64,000 nt of DNA from contig OZ024741.1 of NCBI GenBank assembly GCA_964016885.1, positions 240,002,001 through 240,066,000 on the forward strand. Direction: 5' to 3'. The translations under genes and the position numbers were made by a program. Positions 50,189-64,000 of the stretch are shown here, piece after piece (within the stretch, counting starts at the first letter, position 1; each line of letters starts with the position of its first letter). The DNA comes from Eledone cirrhosa. Lineage: Eukaryota. A model generated the notes under the pieces. That model saw nothing but the letters and a program-made list of their open reading frames with translations. It ran no database searches and was not told the DNA's origin.

Positions 50189-52564
50189 TGGGGTAGGTTT
50201 TGGTAAAGTCCTTGACTGAACTGAAGCTTCATATTTATTCTGTAGCTGACCTTCTGAATAACATTCACTCTTTGATCTCTCAGAATATATATTTCTTTTT
50301 ATCATCTCTTCTGTATTCCTTGACATAGCAACAGGATTGTTAGACTGATACAACAATTGTTTCATCTCTGTTCTACCTTGGTATGCTGTAGTCTTTGTTG
50401 TAGTAGCTGTGTTATCTCTGTGTTTAATACATTTCATTATACACAGTGTTATAGAAACAACAATAGCCACTGATACTATTACTGCTGATGATACAATGAT
50501 AATAACCCATGTCATATGGACTCTACCGGAAGATTGTAAAGGTACACTTTTCAACATTGGTGATGTCTCATTACTAACAGCCAATACCAAAGTCACACGA
50601 GTTGTTGATGACTGAACTGGACTACCACTGTCTTTTACAACAAACTTTAGTTCATAACTTCCAGCATCATTTAGATAAACTTGTCTGGAGAATGATAAAG
50701 CACCACTGTGTGAGTTCATAGTAAACAACTGTTTATTATTTCCTTGTATAATTCCATATGTGAGGAAAGCATTGTTTCCACTGTCACCATCAGATGCTCT
50801 CAAAACTGTGATGTCACTCTTACTCTGGGGATGGTAGTGGACATTTAGGGTGTAAGGGTTAACACTAGGAAAGGTGAAATATGGAACATTGTCATTTTGA
50901 TCTAAAATCTCAACAACAACATTGGCTGTGTCATTTAGAGATGGACTTCCATTATCTTTGGCAAAAACTTCAAATTTATACACATCTTGTTTCTCTCTGT
51001 CTAATGACATGGTGGCTGAAATAAAGCCATAACTGGTGATCAGAAATGGTAGATTTGATTTTTCTTTATGTATCAGAGAATATGTGAGTTGTCCAGCAGA
51101 TCCAAGGTCAGGGTCAGTGGCATTGACAAAACCAATAGGGAAGTCTTTATCTTTGTTTTCATAGGTCAGGAATTGGAATGTATCTTTGGTAAATTGTGGT
51201 TGTACATCATTGATATCAGTCACTTGGATAGAGAGAGTTTTAACACTTTTAAGCGGTGGTAATCCTTTATCTTGACATGAGACAGGAATGTTATAATGTC
51301 CTTGTGTTTCTCTGTCTACTGGTTTGTTTAGAACTATTTTATATTCTTTAGATCCCATTGACTGTAGTTTGAATGTATCATGTTTGATATCACAGCTGAC
51401 CTCTCCATTTTGTCCAACATCATTGTCAGTGACCATCACATAAGCAATGAAACTACCAACTTTGATATCTTCAGAGATGGTAGCTGTGTGGTCATTGATA
51501 GCAGAAACATAATCTATATCAATAGATGGAGGGTTGTTGTGTTGGTTGATAACATTTACCAGAACTGTTGCTATAGAACTTTGTGGAGGGCTCCCTCCAT
51601 CTCTGGCCTCTATAAATAATTCATAGGTTTTCTTTTTTCCCAAACTTGAATATTTATTTAAGAAAATGTTTCCACTGGTTTCATTTAATTGGAAATAACT
51701 TTTTGCTAGATCTGATGTCTTTGGACTGAAATGGAAAGTAATTTTACCATTTTCACCAGAATCAGAATCTGTTACAGATAAAACAATGATAGGTTTAGAT
51801 TTGTGATGTGTACTTTGTATGGATATATTATATAGAGGTTTAGAAAATACTGGTGGGTTGTCATTTAAATCTGTTATAGAGATATTTATATTTAAAATAC
51901 CTTCTTTTGATGGTGAACCTCCATCTTTAGCTATGACCTGTAGTAAATATGCATCTTTGATTTCTCTGTCTAATGATTCTTTCAATACTATTTTAAGAGA
52001 AGAAATACCATCAGCTCTTTTAGAAACTGACAGAGAGAATGGTTCGCCATTCTTGGATTTCAATTTATATTGTATTAACGAGTTTTGAAAACCTACATCT
52101 TTGTCTATGGCATTTGGTAGTGTTACCTTAGACCCTTTGCGATCATTTTCACCAAACTGTATATCGGCTTTTTCCTTTGGAAATTCAGGTAGATGGTCAT
52201 TGATGTCTTCTATTACTATTTTAATTTTCAATATTTTTGTAACACTTGTTCCTTTATTCACAACAACCTTCACAGTTCTAGAACATTCTTTGTTAAATGT
52301 ACAGAGCTTCTCTGCATCCAGTGTCTGAGCAGTGTATAGTTTACCTGTTTTGGTGATATTAAATAACTGTGCCACCTTTCGTTTAAATTGACTGAATGTT
52401 ATCAATTGTTGGTCAGATGGTTTAACATTGTCTAAAAGTTTAGAATCAGCAGCAATGTCTGCTACATATGTTCCTGGACTTCTCTCTTCTTCCACATGGT
52501 AGGTAAGGTCTATGGTCAGAACACAGTGGACCATTGATAATACAACAGCCAATGGCAGTAACAT
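50189..52564 (-). CDS. Pcdh: G6 protocadherin large exon (792 codons)
   Basis: Intact ORF, 6 EC + TM; GTAAGT donor at 50188. Confidence 0.95.
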
Positions 52565-53179
52565 ATTGTTGTTGTTGTATTGGTACTGGTTAAAGATGTC
52601 CAGATATGTTGGTATTGATTAAATATCTTCAGATATGTTGAGGGTTAAACCTGAAACAGAAATACATATTTTTTAACAGTAATTATTATACATCAATCAC
52701 TTTTAGGAAAATCATATCTATGATAAAAACAAGGATTTAAAAAATATATAAAAAAGATAGGAAAAATGCACTGAAACATTTGAATTGCCAAACTGATATT
52801 AGATAACTTTATTAAAGGAGTTAAGTTCCTAACTTTCATTTAATATGACAAAATCTACCACCTATAAAACTAGAAGAATCTTGTCTATTATGTATTACAG
52901 GGATGGCAACCCTTTTTGAAACTGTCTGGCCACATGGGTAATAATCTCCTATTAATCTCAAATTTAACCTTCATGCCCATGAGAGTTTGTGAGCAGCCAG
53001 TGACAAGTACTACACAATACAGAATTTGAATATTACAAATTATTTTATAGAGAAACAAAACCAAATACTTGAAAGCATTCTTAATGAAATCTGTTTAAAA
53101 TCTTCAATGCCAATGTTAATCACAAGCAATACCTTTAAATTCACAGATCAAAGTATGTGTGTGTGTGTATCTTTCTCTC

Positions 53180-53222
<43 letters not shown>

Positions 53223-53226
<4 letters not shown>

Positions 53227-53511
53227 ATAAGTTGTGGTGTGCAGGAGAGAAGAATGAGATGGTATGGACATGTGATGTGCATGGAGGATGACCGCTGGGT
53301 AAAGAAGTGCCTAGAAATCCCAGTAGAAGAAAGACGCAGTAGAGGAAGACCACGAAAAACATGGGCGGAGGTGATGAGAGCAGACCTCAGATCGCTGAAA
53401 CTCATGGAGATGACGACGAAGGACCGTGACAAGTGGAGAGGTGCTGTGCTGAATAGGACCTGTCCCACCCTTGCAAGCAAGGAAAAGCGAACGTAAAATG
53501 ATGATGATGAT
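53223..53511 (+). mobile_element. RTE-like LINE 3' fragment
   Basis: RRMRWYGHV...RGRPRKTW..DRDKWR; (GAT)n tail; follows (TA)n. Confidence 0.85.
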
Positions 53512-54894
53512 ATACTCACACACATATTTATTGACACTTGAATACAATGACGGCTCACTATCTTAAAGCCCTGTACTATTCAATATTAAGGCACATGCAG
53601 CCACTCTTGATGTGGTAGCTAAATTAAAGGTTACTGCTATTTTATATTTTTTATTTTTGTTTTTATAAAATCACTAACACAAAGTTACATCTCATGCAAA
53701 CTAATGAAACCTTTTCACAAGCTAGCTAGGCCAAGCATGCCAAAGGTTCAATTTATATGCAGAAAACACTAAATTAAATTTCAATTGCAACCCCTAAATG
53801 AACGTAACCAGAAATATGAAACAATGATTTCCCTTACTAAGGAAACCTCCCTGACTCTGTCAACAGTTTACCTCTAGTTCAAAACTCAAACATATCTAAG
53901 ATAATTTAAATAATTATATATGATACACTCCTTTACAACCTCATATCTATTTCCATATTCAATGACAGATGGGAATTGAGCATAGAACCTAAAGGGTTGT
54001 AAAAAAAATAATGCAAGATGGTTTACCTGACATTCTAATGGTCCTGACTAACCAATATTGACAGCCATATATCCCAAAGAATTTACTTAGTTTTGATCTG
54101 TGTCTGTAAATAAATATTCACCCAATTTTTGTTTTCACAAATGACATGTAACACACTACTTTAACCCTTCAAGACATTGATAAGATCAATTGTAAAGTTA
54201 TGTAACACTTCTAAAAATTCCATTAGGGATTAATTGTTGCTAACATAGATTAACACCAGTCTTCTCAAATTTCCAGTTTTACACTATCTTACATTGGGAT
54301 ATTCTATGTCAGTTTTCTATATTTTCAACTTGTTAAAATCACACAGGTGTTGAATATGTAGAAAGTGAGCTTTCATTGGGAATGACATATGAAAATAAAT
54401 ATCACAGCCTAAGTTTACCTCATCCATTTCACAAAATGTGCATTTTGGGCAGCTTGCTTAAATTCTACATGGGAAAAGGATGCTTTTTCAAAAACACCCA
54501 TACCAGCCTTTACTAATTTTTTTATATTAGTAGGGGATCAAAAGCATTTATTTCCTTGTTAACCTCACTTCTGTCATACACACACACACACATCTCTTCT
54601 TTAAAGCAGACATTGTCCAATACTCCTTAACTTTCAAGACACATCTGAGAAATATTGGTTAAAAAAATGTTAATAGCTAATTTCTTTGATATGAAAGAAA
54701 ACCTTTTGTGTTACTATATATATATATGTAAAAAGAACTACTAAATATACAAATAACCAATCATCCCATTATTTCTTCAGTGTTCTTGTAGATCTAAGAA
54801 GTCAATAGAATTCTGAGATTAAAGCATAACATTTTGTGTCATCACTACTTTTCATAATTGCTTGTGTTATCAATAATAATGTTTGGAAAAATAA

Positions 54895-56690
54895 ATCAGT
54901 CATGAAGATATGACTAGCACCAGATCTAATGAAGATATGACCAGCACTAAGAATAATGATAATATGACCAGTATTAAGAATAATTGTTTCTACTTTAGGC
55001 ACAAGGCCAGCAATTACCCAGTGCATTACTGGTACTTTATTTTATCGACCCCGTAAGGATGAAAGGCAAAGTCAACCTCGGCGGGATTTGAACTCAGATC
55101 GTAAAGGGACGTAACTATGCTGGAAAGCAAGATATGACAAGCAAGCACTAGGGATAGTGAAAATATGACTAGTACCAGGTCTAATGAAGATATGACTAGC
55201 ACTAAGAATAATGATAATATGACTAGCACTAGGTATAATGATAATATGACCAGTATTAAGAATAATGAAGATATGACTAGCACTAAGAATAATGATAATA
55301 TGACTAGCACTAGGTATAATGATAATATGACCAGTATTAAGAATAATGAAGATATGACTAGCACTAGGTATAATGATAATATGACCAGTATTAAGAATAA
55401 TGAAGATATGACTAGCACTAAGAATAATGATAATATGACTAGCACTAGGTATAATGATAATATGACCAGTATTAAGAATAATGAAGATATGACTAGCACT
55501 AGGTATAATGATAATATGACCAGTATTAAGAATAATGAAGATATGACTAGCACTAGGTATAATGATAATATGACCAGTATTAAGAATAATGAAGATATGA
55601 CTAGCACTAAGAATAATGATAATATGACTAGCACTAGGTATAATGATAATATGACCAGTATTAAGAATAATGAAGATATGACTAGCACTAGGTATAATGA
55701 TAATATGACCAGTATTAAGAATAATGAAGATATGACTAGCACTAAGAATAATGATATGACTAGCACTAGGTATAATGATAATATGACCAGTATTAAGAAT
55801 AATGAAGATATGACTAGCACTAGGTATAATGATAATATGACCAGTATTAAGAATAATGAAGATATGACTAGCACTAGGTATAATGATAATATGACCAGTA
55901 TTAAGAATAATGAAGATATGACTAGCACTAGGTATAATGATAATATGACCAGTATTAAGAATAATGAAGATATGACTAGCACTAGGTATAATGATAATAT
56001 GACCAGTATTAAGAATAATGAAGTTATGACTAGCACTAGGTATAATGATAATATGACCAGTATTAAGAATAATGAAGATATGACTAGCACTAGGTATAAT
56101 GATAATATGACCAGTATTAAGAATAATGAAGATATGACTAGCACTAAGAATAAAGATATGACTAGCACTAGGTATAATGATAATATGACCAGTATTAAGA
56201 ATAATGAAGATATGACTAGCACTAGGTATAATGATAATATGACCAGTATTAAGAATAATGAAGATATGACTAGAACTAGGTATAATGATAATATGACTAG
56301 CACTAGGTATAATGATAATATGACCAGTATTAAGAATAATGAAGATATGACTAGCACTAAGAATAATGATAATATGACTAGCACTAGGTATAATGATAAT
56401 ATGACCAGTATTAAGAATAATGAAGATATGACTGGCACTAGGTATAATGATAATATGACCAGTATTAAGAATAATGAAGATATGACTAGCACTAGGTATA
56501 ATGATAATATGACCAGTATTAAGAATAATGAAGATATGACTAGCACTAAGAATAATGATATGACTAGCACTAGGTATAATGATAATATGACCAGTATTAA
56601 GAATAATGAAGATATGACTAGCACTAGGTATAATGATAATATGACCAGTATTAAGAATAATGAAGATATGACTAGCACCAGGTATAAATT
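54895..56690. repeat. 27-bp minisatellite with 54-bp higher-order alternation (~60 units)
   Basis: ATGACTAGCACTAGGTATAATGATAAT / ATGACCAGTATTAAGAATAATGAAGAT units. Confidence 0.97.
54982..55118 (-). mobile_element. tRNA-derived SINE (5'-truncated) inside the minisatellite start
   Basis: Same family as 2997-3174. Confidence 0.8.
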
Positions 56691-56946
56691 GATGTCATAA
56701 TCATTTTCAAAGCACAATAAATTTTAGTGTCTTCAGAAAAGACAACGAAGAATTAAACTGTAGAAACTAACCTAATTTCATGAAGCTTAAGATTTGTTTA
56801 CAAAGGCCATTTTAAATATAAATGTTTATTTCATTATTTTTGAGAAGATTGTGAATTGATGATGACAGACTCTAAGATCAGAGAAATGGTGAAAGAATAT
56901 GTGACCATGGTTTGGTTAATATGAAGATTGAAAATTTTATGAGAAA

Positions 56947-58112
56947 CTAGCAGCAGGACCCGGTGTTGCATGGGGTAGGAAACGTGAAATAGCAACACGC
57001 ATATGCAAAGATTGAGGAATGTAGCTGTGTACTTTTTGAATTCCCTTATTCTCAGGGAATGATTGTTCATCTACTGGAAACGTAGAACACCAGCAGACCC
57101 GAATCGTGAAACATCTGCATGCATGTTTAAACGTACTAAATCTTAGAGTATGATTTTTCTTCCATTTGGAGAAAATCGGTTAGGTACTTTTCGAGTTTTA
57201 TAGATTCGCACCCAGCCATCCGGACAGACATCAGCAGTTATGTCTATTGCACCTGCATGCATACTGTACAGAGTAAAGCCTGCAATGCTTGAGTAAGACA
57301 TGTCATGCAACCGAACAGCATGTTGGGCCTTCCCCACAGGAGCCCATAGCCTCTTCGTAAATCTACCCAATCTGATATAGACCGAACTATTATATCAGAT
57401 GCCGAACGCTTCGGAGTTTTATTGGGGTCACTGCAGAATTAGCACAACCACTGTTCGGCATACTTGCGCAGGGCGTTCATACTGTGGTGTAGCTGCAACA
57501 AAAGGGGTCTTAGTAGAAGTAGCACAGACGTGAGTTTTACGGTGTCAATAACACTGCAACGTACACAGGGTCTGGATTTGTGTGTGATGAAAGCATGAAG
57601 CATCAACAGGGCACCGACAAAAATTTTAAGCTCCTCCTCATTCCCTCAATCCCCCGAAAATGGTCCTGCTTAACAGTAAGTGTTGTGTCCTCTGTTAAAT
57701 AAACCAAATTTTTAACGAAATATTATAAGCTACTTACGATGTTTAAGTAGCGTTTATATTAAAAATGAAAATGGCATGTAATACCCAATGTTAATTCGTA
57801 AATTTCCTAGAAACCATTAATGGAATCAGAAATTTTTTGTCCACAGCAATGCAAGGGGACTAACTAATGTGTGCTGCAAATTTGGAGGAAATTGGCTGGA
57901 TTAAATTTAAGTTACGCCTCAAAAAAGCTTAAAAATGCAGTTTTTCGTCTAATACTGGCCCTAGGGCAGAAAAGTTAACATTTTTTTAGCACATTGCACT
58001 TCAAGAAATATAAGCAACGTATGTGTAAAGTTTGAAAAAAATCGGTCAGGTACTTCTCGAGTTTTAGGGATTTACACAGACAGACAGACATCCTCTGCTT
58101 TATATATATATA
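56947..58112 (-). mobile_element. Non-autonomous Helitron-like element
   Basis: Minus strand begins TATATATAAAGCAGAGGATGTCTGTCTGTCTG and ends with a GC hairpin CCCCATGCAACACCGGG ~8 nt before CTAG|T; absent at the paralogous site ~34017. Confidence 0.7.
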
Positions 58113-58270
58113 TTAAAAAGTAGACATCCTCTGCTTTATATATATATATTCAATGAGTATATCAAAGAATGAGTTTTACAGTAGATTGGAAGCACTCTAC
58201 AGATTATAATTTTCCAGAATTATTAATATTAAAATACAACCATTTAACATCTCAGGGTATGCCATGTATC

Positions 58271-58334
58271 ATTATATTTTGTCTGATGAGGACGTACTGT
58301 TGTACCTCCGAAATATGTATAATAAAATTTAATT
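58271..58334 (+). ncRNA. Degenerate hammerhead ribozyme motif
   Basis: CTGATGA-GGAcGTAC TGTT GTACcTCC-GAAA-TATGTA; stem I decayed. Confidence 0.5.
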
Positions 58335-58368
58335 GATCAAAAGAACATCTATTTTATTAATATTTGTA

Positions 58369-58418
<50 letters not shown>

Positions 58419-59372
58419 TATAATTTTGCTGGCTGATTCAAGTCAGCCAGCAAAATTTGATGATTAGAAATTAGTTATGGTAACAGTTTATGTAATTTAT
58501 ACAAAAACGTATATGGGCATAGAACATTATGAAATATTTCTGACTATACCAAAATGATGACAATAGATTATTTCCTATTTGTTCAGTAAACCTATTTCAT
58601 AGTTAAAATACAATTTCACTTTAACTTTTATAAAAGAAAAAAAGCTTTAAATGTTATGTTATTTCTCATAAATAGTGCAAATTACAATGTAAAATATAAC
58701 TGAAAAATTGTTCTGAAGTTATATAATTAAATGACAAAAGAAAATAAATTTTTTAAATATTACATTTTATTTTGACTATGTTTTATTCTAATATGTTCAT
58801 ATTCTGCCAACTCCAAACAGAGCTGTTCCTTCTTATTGTATTGTCTTCTACATGTCGCCATGTTGCTATTCACTTCCTGACAGCTGTAAATCCCTAGTCT
58901 GTCTGCCATTATCCCTTAACTAAAATCTATAAAACATTATTACCTCATCACTGCGAAAAAACTCTACATTATAACAAGATTGTAACATACTTATTTATAT
59001 TTTATATCTAACATCTTAACATATCTAATCTATTATATACACACAACATTATATCTAACAACAAAAACAAACATATACTATAACACTACATTATACAGAC
59101 TGTTCTCTATTGTTACTGTTCAACTCTGTAATAAATAATATATACACACAGATGATTTGTTTCTATGAAATAAAGCCTCAATTGAAACATCCTTTAATTA
59201 ATTGTAATATATATCAATAATATCAATATGGATATTATTGGAAAATACGTGTGAATAATTGTTCTAATATTAATATCAAATATGTTACAAAAATATCTTA
59301 CAGATTTACTGAGATTTAGTATATAAAATGGGATTATAAAATGATTAAAAATGAGATTAAATAGAGACTTAC

Positions 59373-59810
59373 CTTTTTAATAATTATATCATTGGTTATC
59401 CAGTGAGACCAGTGTTGTAGAAAGCTCCATTGTAAGTGGTGCTGTAATGGTGTGTGACAATGGCTGTATGTTGATGGAGTAGTGTAGCACGTCAGGCAGA
59501 TAGTCTGCTGCTAGGATAGGGTTGTGTATATTATTGAAGTTGTATGTTTGTGGCACTACATCCCGCTAATAATATTGTGTATGTATTTATCCTTAATTAT
59601 GATGTTTGTTTACTGTTATCAATAACTATTTACATATATATAGATATATATTTAAATAGCTACAATATTCTATAGTTAAACATAACATGTTTGGTTTAAT
59701 AACATCAGTAATGAGAATGTTTCTCTTTGTTAGTGATTTCTGTCTATATTTTAGTGAGAATCTGATTGGTTGAATGACCTAAACAGAAGACCAATGACGA
59801 TGTTCTCATT
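59373..59810 (-). promoter_or_regulatory. Promoter/leader exon module for G6
   Basis: Conserved block; ATTGG 59765, CCAAT 59791; donor at 59372. Confidence 0.65.
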
Positions 59811-61135
59811 AATATTGATTTGACAAGGCAAAATACCTTAAATTTATATGAGGAAGAACTTGAGATTATGTGATGTTCATCATTTTTCACTAGACTTACT
59901 GACATTGATAACTATATTTATGCTGAAATATATTCCTAAAATTCAATGTCAGTATCATTTAAAATAATATTTATTTATTATTTTAATTAGAATGTTTCCA
60001 TATTTTCAGAAAATATGTAACACTATTTCTCATTTAACCTAGAAATATTGTTTATAATTAGAATTTAATTTAAAAATGAAGCTGTAATTAGTAATATTTG
60101 TGAACCATAATTTCATTTGAAGACATATCTACTGAATATGAATAATATCTATTTTAGTCTATTGATTTTTGGATAGGAAAAATTTAATTACTTTGACCTA
60201 AGAACTTAACTGATACTTAAATTATTTCAAGAACAATTTAAGGAAAATTTGACTCTGGCAAAATTGAAATTCAGTATATAAAAGGCAGCAACTAAATATC
60301 ACAAGGCATCTTGTCCTGATGTACTACTGATTCTGCCAATCCACCACTTCAATAATGTTTACTAATTGAGACACAAGGCTTCAGAATTTTAGTCTGTGGT
60401 TTAGTTGGTTTTATCAACTTCAATATTAGACCAATACTTATTTCATCAACCTCAATGTTAAATCAGCTGCAGGGAGATTGGAATTGAGATAGTAAAGGGA
60501 TGTAACTAAATACTGGGCATTTTGTTGATTGGTCAACTAATTCTGACAATCCATCAATCTAAATAATAATAATAATAATAATTGTTTCTAATAAAACCAG
60601 AAATTTAGTAGGATCAAATTGACCCTAGTACTTGGAAGAGACTCTATTGCATTGAGCCAGGAAGGATGAAAAAATAAAGTACAAGCCAAGTATTGGGGGT
60701 CAATTCAACTCCATTACAAAAATACAAATTTGCATAGCTGGGCATAGCTAACTTAATGAAATCTAGTTTATGGCTGGTACAGCGTTATTGATTACTAATG
60801 GTAATGATAAATTATATATTTATGTATGTGTGTGCACATATATTTACATCTATATATATATGTGTGTGTGTGTATATATATAGGCATTCATGAAAAATGA
60901 ATATAAGACAATTGTTGTACAGAATCTTATAATGACTTAAAGGAAACTCTATTAATTTACAGAACTTCATGTTAACTTATTGAAACCAATGCTCAGTTAG
61001 TGACAGGTCTGCCTTTACATATATACACTGCTATATAGAACATAATAAAGAATATGTATGTTGAGAGTGTATGTGTACTGATCTATCTATATTTTATATT
61101 CAAAGAGAAATTGTTTAATCACTTCACTAACATAA

Positions 61136-61212
61136 TTATACATGTTTCACTGGTGTTTCTTCACTGGAATCTTTTGATGTAGATGTATCATTGTTTTTAT
61201 ATATATTTTGCT
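61136..61212 (-). CDS. Pcdh: G7 last coding exon
   Basis: Same 77-nt exon, ttccag acceptor. Confidence 0.72.
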
Positions 61213-61364
61213 CTGGAATTTAGATACAAAATAAGAGTTTTACAAAATATTTCAAACAATTGATTTTGTCAAGATCACATTAAGACATGCCTCTAACATA
61301 AAATGAATACTGAGCTAAAATAAATTTAAATAAGTTAAAATGTAAATGTAAACAGATTATAATC

Positions 61365-62097
61365 TATTGACAGCTAGGTGATCTCATTAGCAATGGAGGT
61401 AGATGTGCTGAATATGTTGTAGCCAGAGTGAGAACATTGTGGGAGAAGTTCAGGAAGTTGTTGTGTCTGGCAACAAAGGGGTTCTCTCTCAGAGTGAAGG
61501 GTAGATTGTATAATGTCTGTGTCTTAACTCCTATACTATGTGATAGCGAAATATGAGCCATGAATGGAGGAGATTTGTGATGAGTGGAGAGAAATGAAAC
61601 ATGCATGCTCTGCTGGACGTGTAATGTTAGTGTGCATGAACAGCAGAGCAGAAGTGAACCGGCAGAAAAGCTGAGTATAATAGGAAACAATTTAATGTTC
61701 AAGAAAGATGATTATACTGGAATGGGTATGTGATGCGTAAAGAAGTGCCAAGTGTTAGAAGTAGATGGAACTTGTGAAAGAGAGAGATCAAGGAAGACGT
61801 AGAACAAAGTAGTGAAGAATGACCTCAAGAAATCCCATGAAGATGACACAAGATTGTGGTGATGTGTCACTAGAGAAGACTCTCTCACCAGTACAGGCAC
61901 AGTGATAATCATCATCATCCTCATCATCACTAAAAGTAAAAGGCTCCTTTTAGCTTATAGTGGATAAGACAATACAATCCATGCTAAAATATGGAACAAG
62001 GCATGGCATCTGACTTGTCTTGGATGGAACTGTGGTGACCCATCCAACTCATGCCAGCATGGAAAGCAAATGTAAAATGGTGTTGATGATGATGATA
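61365..62097 (+). mobile_element. Degenerate RTE-like LINE fragment
   Basis: Homologous to 37300-37750 and 48720-49200 (WEKFR, KGFSLRVKGRLY, ERNETCMLCW); (GAT)n tail. Confidence 0.75.
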
Positions 62098-62139
62098 GTT
62101 CTTATTATGAGAATATTATATTTGTTTATCATTATTTCT

Positions 62140-62317
62140 GGCAGTATCGGTAGAGAGTTGGACGCCATGCTTTGACGCATAGAGTTACTGCCCTTGCCAT
62201 TCTGAGTTCAAATCCCGCCGAGGTTAACTTTGCCTTTCATCCTTACGGGGTCGATAAAATAAAGTACCAGTAATGTACTGGGTAATTGCTGGCCTTGTGC
62301 TAAAAGTAGAAACAATT
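62140..62317 (+). mobile_element. tRNA-derived SINE, full length
   Basis: GGCAGTATCGGTAG A-box-like start, GAGTTCAAATCC B box; reverse complement of 2997-3174. Confidence 0.85.
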
Positions 62318-63339
62318 ATTTCAATGCAAGAGATATTGTTCAAGTACACTGACATTTTCCCATCTGTTCTGCCCCTGGATGAAAATGATTTTCCTCAGAC
62401 ATCTCTGTTGTTATATTTTCACTCTAATGAAGATGTTGCCTATAACTTGTCCAGGTTTCAGAGTCATATTGAAGAATCAATACAAATATCTTATACACCA
62501 TCAGTTTGGTTCTTTGACTCTGCTCATGGTTGTTACGACTGCGTTCTCAGCCAATCAAAGGTTGCCATGGCACAATTTATATGGTGTGCATCCTTTCGTT
62601 AAAATCTGTTTATTTTGAGAGGTAACAACTGACTACTTAGGTATTAGAAGTGCTCTAAATCTTCTACAAACTGTCCTTATACCATAACTGCTTGACTAGG
62701 TTGCAGTTTATTGAATGTTTGTTGATGCAAGACATATTTTGCTCATGTTGAGACAGATCCAATTTCTTAAATACCTTGTAAAATATGTTTTTGTAGAAAA
62801 AATGTTTGTAGTTCTTCTGTTCAAGTTGTACCAATTGTGGCATATGTGTACAGAAGTTTACTTAAACAATTTTACTCTCAGCTGAATGAATGAATGTACA
62901 TGCTAGGGAGACAAATGAAGCAGTTCAAAATATGTACCAAAACAAAATTTGTAAACGGGTAAAATCAATGTGAATGATTGGGAATTGTTGGTAAATAATC
63001 GACTCAAGTGAACACAGATTATCTAAGATGGAATCCAATGTTACAAGACATGTAAACAGAGCATCACACCAAAAAATGTAAGAATAGAAAGCTGCGTGAA
63101 ATGAATAATAAAGAACCACTTTTCCTACAAGGAGCAAAATACCTAATCTGTAACTAGACAAGTAGATTCACATCAGCCAAGATAGATGCATGTGGATCTA
63201 CTGACATTATCTCCTGAGGACAGTTGTTCTTGAATCAATGGAAATATCAATGAGAACAATAAATGTTGAAAAGAATTCAGAATCAATATTTGCATTTAAG
63301 ATGATATCAAAGTAAAATATAGCCAATGTAAGTATTAAC

Positions 63340-63505
63340 CTGATATTCCTGGTAATTCTTCATAATGTTTCATATCACCTTCATTCAATACACGTCTACT
63401 GCTTCTCTTAGATGACATTGTATCTGATGTATAGTTACAAACTATAGGAGGATTATCTTCCACAGCATCATCACTTGATGTCACCACAACAGGTTGACAA
63501 TATTT
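63340..63505 (-). CDS. Pcdh: G7 cytoplasmic exon (YEEL variant)
   Basis: CAG acceptor, 166 nt. Confidence 0.85.
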
Positions 63506-63688
63506 CTGTTGACAAATAAACCAAGAGAAATGTGAGGAGACATCAAACAATCCTAGTTACAATAAACATGTAGTTTACAATTAAATATTGGACTATATTA
63601 TTGAAGATAAAACATTGTTAAAATAATCTTATTGTTTATGTTTTACATATAGAATGAAGATAGAAAATATTTTAATCTTTTCACTTAC

Positions 63689-64000
63689 TGGGGTAGTTTT
63701 TGGTAAAGTTCTTGCCTGAACTGAAGCTTCATATTTATTCTGTAGCTGACCTTCTGAATAACATTCACTCTTTGATCTCTCAGAATATATATTTCTTTTT
63801 ATCATCTCTTCTGTATTCCTTGACATAGCAACAGGATTGTTAGACTGATACAACAATTGTTTCATCTCTGTTCTACCTTGGTATGCTGTAGTCTTTGTTG
63901 TAGTAGCTGTGTTATCTCTGTGTTTAATACATTTCATTATACACAGTGTTATAGAAACAACAATAGCCACTGATACTATTACTGCTGATGATACAATGAT
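63689..64000 (-). CDS. Pcdh: G7 protocadherin large exon, 3' end only (TM + juxtamembrane), truncated by window edge
   Basis: Near-identical to 3' end of the other large exons; GTAAGT donor at 63688. Confidence 0.9.

Noticed and set aside
55165-56690. CRISPR-like array
   Set aside because: No unique spacers, no cas genes, eukaryotic context
55026-56717. 563-aa hydrophobic and 511-aa Asn/Thr-rich ORFs
   Set aside because: By-product of a 27-bp stop-free repeat in an intron; paralogous site is short and degenerate
58422-58457. Short perfect hairpins (also 44525-44548) and a 13-bp triple repeat near 46863
   Set aside because: Isolated, not conserved in paralogs, no functional context
62140-62220. 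tRNA gene
   Set aside because: Has A/B boxes but continues into a SINE body present in four copies; no clear cloverleaf
5349-64000. Vertebrate-style variable exons spliced to one shared constant region
   Set aside because: Each unit has its own cytoplasmic exons; cross-unit splicing cannot be excluded but is not required

Overview
AT-rich eukaryotic DNA, most consistent with an octopus (coleoid cephalopod) protocadherin cluster. It holds a head-to-tail minus-strand array of six complete protocadherin genes (G1-G6, left to right), the 3' end of a seventh (G7) and the promoter/leader exon of an eighth (G0) running off the left edge. Each unit has a conserved ~450-bp module (CCAAT pair, near-invariant ~100-nt core, uORF, GTAAGT donor), a 2.5-6.7 kb intron, and one ~2.4-kb exon encoding signal peptide, 6 cadherin repeats, TM and juxtamembrane tail. 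Two small cytoplasmic exons follow (166 nt and 77 nt coding; the last is missed by the ORF track). Paralogs are almost identical except for patchwork-variable blocks in EC1 end/EC2/EC3/EC4 start. The introns contain RTE-like LINE fragments, tRNA-derived SINEs, MITEs, a Helitron-like element and an expanded 27-bp minisatellite. Highlights: a ~446-bp tandem/inverted repeat carrying minimal hammerhead ribozyme motifs inside a Pcdh intron; an RTE copy with strong sense-strand A-to-G excess (possible genomic fossil of ADAR hyper-editing); the repeated promoter/leader module; and the mosaic variable/constant paralog architecture. All alignments and counts were done by eye.
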